Notes: generated from the letters alone by a model not told the origin. Numbered from the stretch's first letter, positions 24,222 to 37,464 are shown. The stretch: DNA of 64,000 nt from Mustelus asterias (GCF_964213995.1 NW_027590143.1:1178001-1242000); one strand, 5' to 3'. Numbers and translations are program-made.

Positions 24222-25007
24222 GTGGTTAACATTTAGCTGAAGGTACCAAATCAGCTCAGGGGAGGAAGCGACAAGATTAGAAACAGGTGAAGACAGTTTG
24301 TGGACAATAGATGACAGACCTGGCGCACTTTTGGAAAGTGAATAGATGTTCTCTTGTTCATGGAAGTAGAAAAAAAACAAGACATGTTTGAAAAGGTGAG
24401 AATGTTGGTGTTCAAGGAGACTTGGGTGTGTTTGTACAAGGAACGCAGAAAGTTCGCATATAGCTACAGGAAACTTAGGAAGTGAAAAGGTGTTTTGGCC
24501 TCTACTGAGTGGTGCACCTATGGAATTATCTACACTTGAGGCTCTGGATGCAGTGTTTCTGTATAGACAATCTAGTGAGGTTTTAAAGACGAGCAACTTC
24601 TAAGCGTTGATGTTCAAAAACATTTAGGGGTCTGTACAGTTTTATTCTATTTCCAGCTGGAAATGCGTAAGCAGCGTTGACGACACAGCCATGGCACTTA
24701 CTTCAGATAGGCAGCGTTTGTGTAGACGAGGGAACATTTGCCTTTGATTGGTTTAACCTGCCCTAAATAAATTTGGTCGAACATTGTTTTGGTTCGGAAT
24801 TAATGCAGTTGAATCTATCATTACTTATTTTGACGGGGGAACCAGCAGAGGAAATGTCAACATAAATTGTTGGGGAAAATTGACGGCATTGAGGAAATGA
24901 AAGGATTTTTATCCCTGGTATTCAAACAGGCACACGAGTCACTCCTGTCTTCAATCAGAACATAATTCCAGCAATTAATGTGCTGCACGAGAGCAATAAC
25001 GTTTCTT

Positions 25008-25080
25008 TTCCTGGAAGGAGAAATCGAACGCACGCCACGACAGTGGAAGCGCTGAAGTCTAACCAATACGCCACCAGGGA
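25008..25080 (-). pseudogene. tRNA-Glu-derived pseudogene
   Basis: Reverse complement begins TCCCTGGTGG; many stem mismatches. Confidence 0.7.
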
Positions 25081-26829
25081 AAGTCATACACTGATGTTTA
25101 ACCTGACCTGTCCACCTCAGCACGTTTTAAATTCTCAGAAAAAGCTGATCACAAATGACTCCTTCAGACAGTGAGAAGACCAATTTCTCTTTCTGGGAAA
25201 TGAAATCGACAGTGAGGTGAAATAGTCCCACAAACTGCGGATGTGTAACTTCCAATTTCTAAATCCCAAAAACTCTTCATTGCTAATCCTGTGAAACTCA
25301 TAAGGTAACACACGGCAGACATTCATCTCTGAAAGAACCAAAGCATTTTACATGTGAACAATCTGCTCTCAATCTCAGGATTTTTCCGTTCTAAAAACAC
25401 TATTCTGGTGAACGTTTATCTCCGTCGTCCTTCCACTAATCATTGCCGACTTGTTGTTTATTTTCTGATTCATGAAATCTACAGTTATAATACTAGCAGT
25501 AGATGGTGGAAATTATTAGCCAGTTTGGCAGCATCTGTGGACACATAAAATGGAGCTTCCACGCTTTACCTCTTTCTAAAGTATAGAGATTATTGGGTTC
25601 GCAAAGGGGCAAAATATTTCCAAAACAACTGATTCACCTTTAATTGTTGTTGTTAAATATTAAGGAATCACATTATCTCACAGCCATGTCACATTTGCAC
25701 TTCCCCAAGTTTTAAACAATATTTTGCAACTGCAATCATGGATCAAGGGGTAAAAATCGGGACAAATGTTATTTTCTAAATCTTATGTTAGATCAATGAC
25801 TCTGCCACATGGTTAAGGTTTTCAGCCGAATTGTAATTCTACAAAACAAAGTTCGAAAAGTGCAATGAAGCTGCACAGTTTGATATTCTAGGCAGGTCAG
25901 GTTGGTCATGACCAATAATTCTGTAGTGTACGGGTTAAGTATCTTCATATCATAAACGATGGCTCTTCGATTCCAAATGGGGTCGAGAAATTATCGAAAT
26001 TTACTGTTTTAAAGTTCCACGATTCTAGTTCGTTGTTGACTGTGAACTGAATATGGATCAATCAAAACATTCTTCACCAGCTATTCAGAAAATGCAGTCA
26101 GCAAAATTGCTCCTGGCAGACTTTTGCATTCCGCTTTCACGGTGCACCTGATGTAGGTAGATGGATTAACCATGGTAAATGTGTTGGATTCCGGGGTAGG
26201 GTGGCGAAAAGTGCCTCATTCAAGCACTTTGGGCTCACATTCTCTGGATAATGTGTCAACCATTTATGACTGAGGTGCGTAGATATTTCGTTTGCTCAAA
26301 AGTGTTGTGAATCTTTGGAATTCTGCCGCTGCACGTCTGTCTGTTGATCCTCAGTCAATACACATGTTGAATGTTGAGGTAAAGAGATCTTTGGAATCTA
26401 AGGGAATGAAGGGCTAACGGGATAATCTGGGAAATTGGTGTTGAGGCTGTGGATCTGCCTTGATTCAGTCGTAAAGGAGGCTCAATGGGACATGGAACAC
26501 AGTCCTACTTCATTGATGTTGTTCAATGTCAATACCAGATCGAGCACCAACGGCTTCTCCTGGCAGCGTTGATGAGCTGCCTCAGACAATGCATTCAGGG
26601 TAATAACATTAGTCATGGTGTGCACTCGAAGTCAATCACTGCACAATGTTCAGTTTATTAAGTTTATCGAACATCTCTGGTCGAACATGCTATCACACGA
26701 ATGTCATGCAGTAGAATGTATCGCTAAACATTTTATCTGGAGGTACAAGCAGACAGAATGTAAATATGAATTGCTGTTGTTAATTGGCGGGTTTATCGAG
26801 GCAGGCTCCTGGAATTGTTCCATCGCAGT

Positions 26830-26902
26830 GTTTCTGTTGTGTGGTGGATTTCACGTTCGCCATGCACACGAAAAGTTCTCGGTTCGGTCCCAGGCAGAAG
26901 CA
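26830..26902 (+). pseudogene. tRNA-Val-derived pseudogene
   Basis: GTTTCTGT..TCACGTTCGCC..CGGTTCG..GGCAGAAGCA. Confidence 0.75.
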
Positions 26903-26909
26903 TTTTCAC

Positions 26910-27095
26910 CAAAAACAGAAAATGCTGGAAAATCTTAACAGGTTTAACAGCATCTGTGAGGAGGAAATAAAACCAAAGTTTCAAGTTTGGATGACCCTTC
27001 GTCAGAACTCCTGGCTCGACCCAGTGGCCCTGTTCCCTCTTCACAGATGCTGCCAAACCTGCTGAGAATTTTCTGCTTGTGATTCAGGTTCCATC
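26910..27095 (-). mobile_element. Palindromic Penelope-derived non-autonomous repeat with a hammerhead-like core
   Basis: Minus strand CTGACGAAGGGTCATCCAAACTTGAAA, flanked by inverted arms (CAGCATCTGTG / CACAGATGCTG). Confidence 0.6.
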
Positions 27096-27925
27096 ATTAG
27101 TCGTATTTCATCTCTAAAGAGACATTTCCAAATGTTTTCAATTTCAGAGCTATTCGGCTTTCAGAATTTTTTGCTCATTTATCACGAAACATTAAGTGAC
27201 CTGCGGAGTATTTCCAACATTTTCTGATGGTAAAGTCATGAAGCAGTCTGTGAAAAGAACAAAAGGGAAGTTCTGTGATCGAGAGCGAAGGAGGGTGATT
27301 GAATGAAACAAGGAATGATGGAATGATGGATAAGGCAAATTTATCCGCTGATGGTGGAGGCCGGGTGGTCAGGTCGTTCAGAGTCAGTGCTTTCACCGCC
27401 ACGGCCCGGGATTGGTGATTCACTATCAACTAAACAGAACATTTTACTCAGCATGTAATTAGTTTCTGGAGGTGAAAGTATCTGAAAAAAGGAAGAATAC
27501 ATCATTTGCTGCAGATGATAGCATGAGTGTGTGACTATATCTGTTATGACAGTGACCTGGAATTAAGCAATGGAGACAGTAATGATGATCAATGAGATAC
27601 AAGTCTCTGATATCACAGCGGAGCTGTGATCAGCTCATGTTGTTCAGCAGCTTTACCACAACAAGGTTGATAAGAGGTTCATGCAAATACTACTCTTTGA
27701 ATGTGGTGAGCTACATGAAATTTAGTGGAATAGAATGTATTGTTATTCATTTTAACAGGAGGAAGCAGCAAGAGGAATGTAAATGTAAATTGCCGGGATT
27801 GTGCAAATGGGCTTATTTTGTTCCTCCTGGTAGTTCAAACTAGCACAAGGATCACACCTGTTTTCGATCAGGAAGTATTTTCAGCCCTCCTAATTCATGT
27901 GCTGGTCGGGAGCAATAAATCGCTA

Positions 27926-27990
27926 TTCCCTGACCAGGAATCGAATCCGGCGGCGAAGGAACCAAATCCTAACCACTAAAGCATCAGGGA
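27926..27990 (-). pseudogene. tRNA-Glu-derived pseudogene
   Basis: TTCCCTGACCAGGAATCGAA..AATCCTAACCACTA..CAGGGA with a deletion in the anticodon arm. Confidence 0.75.
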
Positions 27991-28655
27991 AGTTGCGAGC
28001 AATTGCTATAATCATAGATGCACTGCAACATTTTTTCAACTATCTGTGTTTGTTCTTGACCTGTTGTTCGCGTGACATTTCCAATTCAAAAGCAAAACTG
28101 CAAATCTCACTCCACTGATTCTGGCAGAGCTGCGTTGGACCAGGAAGTATTGCATGGTTTGTTTGTAAAAAATATTAAATCTTATCATATCGATGGCAGT
28201 CTGTAACCCTGAAAGCACCGAACCCCTAACCACGAGGCCACCAGGATCTCATTTGCCCGATTCTCCCAGATACTGATTACAGAAATGTACACAGCGCCCA
28301 ATTATCCGCAGCCACACTATCCTTCCTTTCTGTCCAGATATGAAATTGTTCACATTTTCACACTGATGTGACGAAGGCAGAGCTGTGATAAGCTGATGTT
28401 GTTCAGCGTTTTTACCACAATAAGGTTTCCATCAGTTCGACGCTAACATTGCTCTTTGAATGTGATGAGCGACAGTGAAATGTAATGCAGTTGAAGGTAG
28501 AGTACACATTTTGACAGGACGGAAAGGTAAGGGAAATGTGAATATGAATTGCAGTGGGTAATTGACGGGCTTGTGGAATGGGGCTGACATTTCTGCCTGC
28601 TGTTCAAATTGGTACAGGTATTGAACGACCATTTTCAGACTGCTGTCGCCCGCTG

Positions 28656-28727
28656 TGTTCCGTGATGTAATGGTGAGCACTCTGGACTGTGAATCCAGCT
28701 ATCCGAGTTCACATTTCGTTGGAACCT
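28656..28727 (+). pseudogene. tRNA-Gln-derived gene with GTG in the anticodon loop, probably a pseudogene
   Basis: GTAATGGTGAGCACTCTGGACTGTGAATCCAG..GGAACCT; position 1, A-box and B-box changes. Confidence 0.8.
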
Positions 28728-29359
28728 CTCTTTTCGTTTGCCAATGCCGATGATTGATTTGCTGAAGGACATTTCGTTTAGTTTTTTTACGAAGTTTGAA
28801 TTGAGAGGACAATTTGTCAGCCAGTTCAACAGCTATTACAATGTACATTGCTGAACCCCTGGCGTCAGATACCTGCAACACCCAGCATTTTATTTCATCT
28901 TTCCGCTACTCTTTAACCCTTAAGTTGAAAGAAAGGAGAAGTTGGTTTCATACAATAACAATTATTGGCAGTTATTGAGCATGTGTGTTTGTGTGTGTGT
29001 TTCTGATTTGAGAGAAAGGCCTAGTGTCTGAGGTCAGTGTGCTGTCGGTTGCATGGTGTAACTGTTAGCACTCTGGACTCTCGCATTCAAACTCTTTCTA
29101 AGCTTGTGACATAACTGAGTGCCTGACACATGTGGATGGACGTCATGCCCACTGTGGCTCCCCTGCCTCTCAACGCTTTGTATTCTTGAGCAGTCGTCCT
29201 CTGGTGCTGAAGCAATGACGCCAAGAGAGTCATTCGGTGCATTGGACGCAAGTGCGGTGGAATTTGTTGAAGTTTCCTCAGTGTTTAGATTTGCACTGAC
29301 TGAGAATTTTGGATATAATGCCAACAGCAAACCCATCAGCGGCTTAAGCAAAGCAACGC

Positions 29360-29432
29360 AGGTCTCTGCCGCTATTTGAACTCGAATCGCTGGATTCAGA
29401 GTCCAGAGTACTCAGCGTCACATCACAGATCC
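29360..29432 (-). pseudogene. tRNA-Gln(CTG)-derived pseudogene
   Basis: TTTGAACTCGAATCGCTGGATTCAGAGTCCAGAGT on the plus strand; D arm degraded. Confidence 0.8.
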
Positions 29433-29668
29433 CAGAACACACTGACCACCAAAATGGTCCCTCGAAGAATTTGACCTCTTTCGTTCTGTGGCAGCAACAG
29501 CAAGTGCGACAACAACGTGTCGTTATTCGCCACCATTGATAGGAGCGAAGCTCAGAAGACATAGTCCACCAATCTACAGCAAATCATTTCCTTTGCAAGC
29601 CATATCGGAAGACATCAGCAGAAATAATCATGTTTTATAGGACATTTACAGCTTACTGCTGCGTCCTC

Positions 29669-29740
29669 TGTTCCGTGGTGTAATGGTGCGCAAACTGGCC
29701 TTTAAATCTGGCAATGGAAATTCAGATCTCGGCTGAACCT
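29669..29740 (+). pseudogene. tRNA-Gln-derived pseudogene
   Basis: GTTCCGTGGTGTAATGG..TTCAGATCTCGG..AACCT; anticodon stem broken. Confidence 0.7.
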
Positions 29741-30210
29741 TACTTTTCTTTGCAATGCTGATGATTATTTGCTGAAGGACATTTCGTTTAGATGTTTCAC
29801 AAATTTCGAATCGAGAGGAGCATTTGTCAGCCAGTTCAACAGCTATTGCAATGCACATTGCTGAGCCTCTGACGCCAGATGCTTGCAACATCTGTGATCT
29901 TCTATTTCATGATGTGGAGTTACCGGCGTTGGACTGGGGTATTTTTATTGACAAACAGGACATAAATAGAAAGAGACGCAATTGCAAGATAATGATTGGA
30001 ATGGGAATCTTTAGGGGTAATCAAGTCCTTACAGGTGCAGACAATTTTCTTTTTCATCTTTTCGCTGCACTTTAACGCTCTGTCGAAAGAAAGGTGCAGT
30101 TGCTGTCAAAGAACAACAACCCTTCGACTGGATCCTGACTATTATTGAGCAAGAGTGTAGATGTGTGAGATCTGGGTGAAATGCTTCCTGCCTTCGACGG
30201 ACGTCCTGTT

Positions 30211-30282
30211 GGTTCTGTGTTGTAACGGTGAGCATTCTGGACTTTGTATACAAAAATGAGAGTTCGAAACTCGCTGGAATGA
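30211..30282 (+). pseudogene. tRNA-Gln(TTG)-derived pseudogene
   Basis: GGTTCTGTGTTGTAACGGTGAGCATTCTGGACTTTG..GAGTTCGAAACTCG. Confidence 0.7.
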
Positions 30283-30361
30283 GTATTCTCATCGGACCAA
30301 CACTTGTTTAACTTGGGAAGATGACTCAGTGAATGGTATCAGTAGGGGAACCGTTTTCTGC

Positions 30362-30672
30362 CACGGTGGCACAGTGGTTAACACTGCTGCCTCACAGTGC
30401 CAGGGACAGGTGTTTAGTTCTGTGAGGCTTCGGGTGACTGTGTGGAATTTGCAGTATCTCCCCGTGTCTGCGTGTGTGAAGGAAGCTGATCACCCGGCGC
30501 ACAATGCAATGATTTGCGCGTTAGTTTGATTGGCCATGTTACAATGCCCGCAGTGTCAGGGGGACAAAAAGCCAAAAATGTGGGATTACGGGGATAGGGC
30601 TTGGGTGTGACTGTTGTCGGTGCGGGCTGATGGGCCGAATGGCTTCTTTCTGCAGTGTAGGAATTCTAAGAT
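30362..30672 (+). mobile_element. HE1-type (V-domain) SINE
   Basis: tRNA-like head GGTGGCACAGTGGTTA, central GTGTGGAATTTGCA..CTCCCCGTGTCTGCGTG, CR1-derived tail. Confidence 0.85.
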
Positions 30673-30861
30673 TGTGCCTCTGAGCATTTTTATTCTTGAG
30701 AAATCGTCCGCTGGGGCTGAAGCGTGCTGAGAGTGATCCGTTGCAATGTGACTGCGGTGGAATTTGCTGAAATTTCCTCAGAGTAGAAAATTCCACTTCC
30801 CTAGAATTTTAAATAAAATGCCCTTCAGCAAACCAATCATCGGCTTTAGCAAAGAAAAGCA

Positions 30862-30933
30862 ATGCTTCGTCGAGATCTGAACTCGGACAACTGCATTCAG
30901 AGACCAGAGTGCTCAACATCACGCCACAGAACC
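30862..30933 (-). pseudogene. tRNA-Gln(CTG)-derived pseudogene
   Basis: CGAGATCTGAACTCGGA..ATTCAGAGACCAGAGTGCTC..CAGAACC. Confidence 0.7.
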
Positions 30934-32230
30934 AGGAACACAGCCGCGCGCTGCAAATGGTCACTCAAGGACTGCGACCTCTTTCATTCAATGTGGCAGC
31001 AACAGCAAGTGGGTCAAATGCGTTGAGCGACGATTTGCAGCTGGCTGCTGTATTCTGGGATCTCTGGTCTAATGGTGAGCATTTGAATCCAACGAACCGA
31101 GTTTAAATTTAGGCCGATCCTTGCTCTTCTTTGCCATTGCTGAGGATTGATTTTTTTGAAGAACCTTTTGTTTAAATTTCCCACAAAACAGGAATAGGGA
31201 GAGGACTTTTTCAGCCAGTTCAACTTCTTTTACAATGCACATTGCTGAGCTTCTGGCGACAGACGCTTGCATCAGCAATCTTCTTTTCATTTTTGCCTCT
31301 CGTGAACTCCTCTTTTGAAAGAAAGGAGCGGTTAGTGTAACACAACAACAACTATTCGACTGGAAACTGGCAATTATTCAGCAAGTCTTGGTGCGTGTGT
31401 GTGTATTTTGGGAGAAAGGCTTAGTGTCTTAGGTCAGAGTGCTGTCGGTTCCATGGGGTAACACGTATCACTCTAGACTCTCGCCGTCCCACTTTCTGTT
31501 TAAATTGGAACAGATGAGTGACTGAATGTCACCCGGAGGTTGACCCCCTTCAATATAGATATTGACTTAGTAACATCTTTTGAAATGAATAATCCTCATT
31601 TTGTTTCATTTTATGTCAATCAGGGTGACACGTGCTTGTATCTTACTATTCAAAACCTCAACCCCTTAACTTTTTAAACAGGTAAGGTTCAGTCGAAGAA
31701 AACTGATCCAAATTGAACCAAAAATTGTTACTGGAGTTGTTGCAAATCGCAACTCAAAATAGACCATGTTGGCAACACTCAGCAGGTCAAACAGCGTCTA
31801 TTGAGAGAGGAATACAGTGAGTGTGTAGGGTCGCTGACCTTTTATCCACACTGGGAGAATTTAGAGATTTAATGTTTTACTAACAAATACAAAATAAAGG
31901 GAAATAGAGAGAGAAAGGACGAAAAGTCAAACGTCCTTGTGATAGGATGTAAGGCTGGAGTGATTAGATGACAATGGGGATTGTTGTTTCCATTGAGACA
32001 ATCTCCCAGGTCTGAGTTCCAAATTCGAGCAAAATGAGAAGAAACCTTGTCACTGAATTAAGCACTAAACACTTCGACTTCCAGGGAGGCAAAGATAACT
32101 TTAACTCAGAAAGCAGTAACGGTGAGATCAACAAAGCGGGATGGAGAAAGACTCAGTTTGAGCGGTGGCAGTGCCGGAGGAATGGAGAGCTGGCGTTTAC
32201 CCAGGAATGGGGCAAGTTTTAAAATAAGAA

Positions 32231-32295
32231 AGCCGGACGTGGGGCTCGACCGTGAGATTAAGAGTCTCATGCTCTACCGACTGAGCTAGCCGGGC
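32231..32295 (-). pseudogene. tRNA-Lys(CTT) pseudogene with a T-arm deletion
   Basis: 5' two-thirds matches Lys-CTT (GCCCGGCTAGCTCAGTCGGTAGAGCATGAGACTCTTAATCTCA); ~8 nt missing from the T arm. Confidence 0.88.
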
Positions 32296-33135
32296 ACATG
32301 TGGGCCCCAGCACTCCATATCCAAAAATGTGTGGAGGCAAATAAAGCGTTTCCATCTGGTGTCTCAGCTTGTTCTGATTACAAAGTTTATAACTAGTCAA
32401 TCTACGGAATCCCTGAGGTTACAATGCATTCCCCTCGATCATCAATAACTTCATTCACATCTTCCACTTCTTAGCTTCACCTCTTTTCAAACATTGCACA
32501 AACAGTCTGATATTTTTCACCTTCATATTTTTGATCTGAATATTCCAACCACTTGGGGAAAGAGCGTTTCAGTGTGTCCGAAGTCAAACTGTCTCCCCAT
32601 TTTCAGGCTTTCCAATCCGATCACCTCTCATTATTCTAATCTACAGAGCAAACAGATTCATTCCACTGAATCTCTCCTCCCAGGACAACCGCATCATCAC
32701 AGAAATCAATCCAGTGAACCTTGATTGAACACAGACAACGAAAGAATAAAGGGATTATCGAGCAAAAGGGGGAACAGTGATTGATGAACTGACAGAGAGA
32801 CAGAGAGTGAAAGAGCCTGAGACAGGTATACAGCAACAAAAAAGACACGGAGAGGGACAGAGAGTGCGGCAGAATCGAATAAACACAAAACAGCTGTCTG
32901 AAACCAGAAGAATGTGGTCCTCTGAGTTGGTGAATAAGGATTAAGTGAATGTCCGAAAGCATAGTCACCTTTTGAAAATGTCTTGATTCTTTGTGAGTGT
33001 GTTGTGCTGACAGAATCCCTGCATTGTCTGCTCAGGTTCTCAAATCATACCCCATGTAAACCAATCCTGCCATGTGCACGGGAAATAAACTAACAAAATC
33101 CTCCTCTTCTCCAATGCGAAACGACAGCTTAATGA

Positions 33136-33224
33136 GGGCTTACCCAGAATTTGAACTGGGACCTCACGCAGGCTTGCGGATTTTAGCACCCAAAGCGAGA
33201 ATCATACCCCTAGGCGAAATAGCA
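33136..33224 (-). pseudogene. tRNA-Pro(TGG)-derived gene with an 18-nt intron at position 37/38, degenerate
   Basis: Minus strand CTAGGGGTATGATTCTCGCTTTGGG[TGCTAAAATCCGCAAGCC]TGCGTGAGGTCCCAGTTCAAAT..AGCCC. Confidence 0.8.
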
Positions 33225-33496
33225 ATCGTGATCAATGCAAGTCAACTAAATATATTTTCACTGCCATCCAAAGCGGATCATACACCTGCATTGAACGGTG
33301 ATAATGCTGGAAAAATCTCAGGAAGTAATACAGAGTGTGCACAGGAAACAAAGCTCACCTTTCACCTCCAAGACTTTTCATTAACATTGGGAATGGTTAG
33401 AAATGTAGGAAGTTTAAAACAAGTGAAATCCAGCAGGGAGGAAACATATCCGAGCTGTTAGAATTCTGCCGAAAGGACCAAAACTTAAATTGACTC

Positions 33497-33584
33497 TGGC
33501 AGCGGTGGGATTCAGACTCAAACTCACACCGCCTCAGAAACTGAAGGCTTAATCCAGCGCCTTAGACCGTTCGGCTACGGGAGC
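33497..33584 (-). pseudogene. tRNA-Leu(AAG)-derived pseudogene
   Basis: Minus strand CGGTCTAAGGCGCTGGATTAAG..AATCCCACCGCTGCCA; T and variable arms rearranged. Confidence 0.8.
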
Positions 33585-36166
33585 AGAAAAATAATCATGC
33601 TAATCCTGCAATTTGCTGATATTGTTACTGAAATACATTGGATGCAACTGATTTGGGAAAGGCCGTCAGGAGCCTGCACCTTCACTGAGTCAACTCATCC
33701 TGAACTGTTCAACAAACAGAAATCATCTCCAGTCAGAAACACAATGAGCTGCAATAAAGGCCCGGCACCATTTAAACTGTCCTTAGCCTCGTCTGTTTCC
33801 CAAACTCCTGACATAAATGACAAGAAAACTTCCTGTTGGAAGTCTTCACTTCCGGACACGAGGCGAGATTGTGTTTGATATGTTCCACCAGGCAATAACT
33901 GACATCTGTTTTCACGGTTTGGATGCGAGGAATAAATCTTCATTTACTGACCAGCAATCAAAACATCAGTGAAAATGTCAATCTCTAACCCCCAGAGCAG
34001 CAGTTTACAGTGTGTTTTAGAATTTGCTTTATCCACGCTACCTTTGTTATTTTTATTTTCATACTTTCACCACAAACAAGTTTTTCCTGCAAAATGGCAC
34101 ATTCTGCTTCAACACAGTGATGTATTCAGCCAATGAAAACACACAGCAATCAATACACTGCAGTTAACACTTTCGCTTCCGACGGTTCAGAACTGGACAG
34201 AAACATTTCCAAATGTTTTTCAATGCAGAGGGAAAAATTTCATATTTCGCTGACAGTGTAATCGGTAAAAATTTGGCAATTCATAATCCAGACTTTCCCT
34301 TGCATCACCATCTCTATTGCTCGTGCTTTGCAGACCATCACTGCCCTTCTCTTTCTGTGTTTGTTCTTGAACTGTTGAACATGTGACATTTCCAGCTCTG
34401 ATGTAAACGTACAATCCTCACTCGGCTGATTCTAGTAGATCTGCTTTCGATCAAAGAGTAAATCACCTTATTTTTAATCGTTTGCTGAGAATATTTTCTT
34501 CTTGAGCGAGAGTTGAAACCAAATATCATTGGGAGAGTGCTAAACACAAACCAGTGGACTACCAGGGTAACTGGTGAACTGAGGATTTCGAATTATATCC
34601 CTTTGCTTATTATTTTCATCCCTGATCGTTTTCACTCGATCGAAGTTTCTCCTTCAAAGTGTCCTGTTTGTATGGAACATAGGTACTTCCTTCAGCCAGT
34701 GAGGACACCAATTAAGTTCGCTGGGACAAGAAATTGACAGTGAGTGAAATCGTCCCACCAGATGCTGAAGTGATCGAGGTATATAAAATTGTAAAAGAAT
34801 TGATCGAATAAATGTAGACCAAATGTTTCATCTTTTCGGGCAATCGAGAAGAAGAGGTCACATGTATATTAAAGCAAGATACTGTGGGTGCTGGACTCTG
34901 AAAACCCCCCCAGGAAAAGCTGGAAAATCTCAGCTGGTCTGACAGCCTCTGTGGGGAAAGGATAGAGCCAATATTTCGAGTCGAGATGACATTTTGTCAG
35001 AGCTAGTGTTTCATATATAGGTTGAGAGGCGGTGGACGTAAAACCGAGATGCTGAGTAACCACGTATTGCTGACAGTCGTGGATTTGTGAAATTTCCTGC
35101 CCCATAGCATGGTGGATTCTGAATCTTTAAACGTTTTCAAGAAAGAGAACAGGTGGGGACGTAGATTTGTGACCAGGGAGAGATCAGTCATGAACTGATT
35201 GAATGCAGGCTCGAAGAGCTGTATTTGCCTACTTCTGATCTTAGTTCCTATGTTCTTAAGTGTAATTGTCAATTTTCAAAACCCACAACCACATCAATGT
35301 GACAGCTGTGCAATCTATGTACAGCACATCCACAGGTTCCCCTTTAGCCCTTGACTCCTGTAAAGAACTTTGGACTGGCCTCATTCTATGGTGGAATCAC
35401 TTTGTGATTTTTTTTTTGTGTCTCCCATCTAATCTCTCCTGACTTCCACCTCATCAGCTGTTGTTATGTTTCTTCCCTCCTGGATGTCACTTGTTTAAAA
35501 CGTCGTACATTTCTAACCATTTCCAGTTTAAATTACACGTCACGGAGGTGAAAAATGGAACTTTCTTTCCCTGTGCACACAAGAGTCCTGACTTCCCGCC
35601 TTTTTTCAGCACTTTCACTTTCACTGCAGATGTCTGATCAGATTTTGATGGCAATGGGAATGTAATGCCTAAACTGCTTTCCTCACGGTGGCTCGTAGGT
35701 CTGGGGGTACCATTCTGGCTTTGGGTATTAAGATCCACAAAGTCGCAAGAGGTCCCGAACAAGTCCTCATTTAGCTATTGTTTGCGATAGGGTTTGTGAA
35801 CGAACCGTTGGGTTTGTTAACTTATTTCCCGTGCACACGGCAGGATTGGTTTACATGGGGTTTGGTTTGAGAATCCGAGCACACGCTGCAGGGATTCTAA
35901 CAACATAACATGCTCACAAATAAATCAAGACATCTTTAAAAGATGTTTGTGGATATTCACTTTATCTCGATTCGCCAATTCAGAGGAACCCATGCCTGTG
36001 GGTTCAGAAAGATGACGTGTGTATAGCCATGATGTGCAGATATGACGTTGAACAGGTGTGGGCACATTAGAGGTCTCAGAACACCAAGCTAAAGTCCAAT
36101 AGGGTTTTTTTTGTTATCACAATTTTTCAGAGCGCTGCGCCTTCATCTAGTAAGTGATATGTATTG

Positions 36167-36470
36167 GGGTATCACGGTGGCAGAGTGGTTATCACTGCTG
36201 CTTCAGGGACCTGCATTCGATTCCCCGCGAGGGTAACTGTCTGTTTGGAGTTGGCAAATTCTCCCCATGTCTGCCTGTGTTATTTCTGGGTGATCTAGTT
36301 TCCTTCCACAGTCACAAGATTTGCTGGTTAGGTGCATTGGCCATGCTAAATTTCCCCTTAGAGTCTGGTAAATGCATGGGGTTATGGGGATAGTGTCTAT
36401 GCGGGACTTTGGTCGATGCAGACTCGATGGATCGAATGGCGTCCTTCCGCACTGCAGGAATTCTACAGGA
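36167..36470 (+). mobile_element. HE1-type SINE
   Basis: Head TCACGGTGGCAGAGTGGTTA, V-domain, tail GCAGACTCGATGG. Confidence 0.85.
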
Positions 36471-37056
36471 CTATTCATGGATTGTTGATGTCTGCTCTGT
36501 CTCTTTTTGTCACTCCATTACCGTATCAGTTTGTTTCAGTCCCTGTCTGTGCATCTATCATTGTTTGCTCTTTGCTCCTTCTATTCTCTCGCTGTATGTG
36601 TGTAACCAAGGTCCTCTGGATTGATTTCTATGATGAGGCTGTTGGATGAATATGTTCCCTCTGTAGTTTAGAATGAGATGTGATCACAATGAAAAGTCTG
36701 CAACTGGGAGACAGTTTGACAGTGAACATGCTGTGTGGCTTCACGCGCTGACTGGAGTATTTCGAACAAGAATATTAAGTTGACATAGAGTCATAGAGGT
36801 TTACAGCATCGAAACAGGCCCTTCGGCCCAACTTGTCCATGCCGCCCGACAGATGTAAGAGGAGTTTGCAATGTTTGGAAGGACATGAATCTAAGACGTG
36901 AAAGATGACAATGATGTTAATGATTATTGAGAGGAATGCATTGTAACTTTCAGGATTCTGTAGGTCGATTCATTGTAAACTTTGTAATCAGAACAAGCTG
37001 AATGGAAAAAGAAACACATATTTGTTTTGGAATCTGGAGCATCAGCGTCTCAATGT

Positions 37057-37129
37057 GCCCGGCTAGCTCAGTCGTTAAAGCATGAAACTCTTAATCCCAG
37101 GATCATGGGTTCGAGCCACACTTTGGGCG
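37057..37129 (+). pseudogene. tRNA-Lys(CTT)-derived, probably a pseudogene
   Basis: GCCCGGCTAGCTCAGTCG..CTCTTAATC..GGGTTCGAGCC..TTGGGCG; D-loop GG>GT and stem mismatches. Confidence 0.85.
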
Positions 37130-37464
37130 CAGCTCTGTTTAAACTTTGCCCTTTTCCTGGGTGAACGACAGTTTTCCATTCCTCTGGTGCTGTCACCGCT
37201 CAAACTGAGTCTTTCTCCATCCCACTGTTAATCTTAAAGTTTATGGTTTATGACTGAGAACTGCCTCATCTTCACTGGAAGGCGAGGAGTTTCGTGCATA
37301 ATTCAGCGAGAAGTTTTCTTCTCATTTAGAGTGAGATTTGCATCCAGATCTGGGAGATTGCGTCAGTGTAGACATTAATCTTCCCCATTGTCATTCCATC
37401 ACTATTGCCTTACATCCCATCACGAGACAGTTTGTTCATTCGTCCTCGCCCTTTCTAGTTTCCT

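Noticed and set aside
29669-29740. Ochre suppressor tRNA
   Set aside because: The anticodon stem and T arm are broken, so it is unlikely to fold or be transcribed
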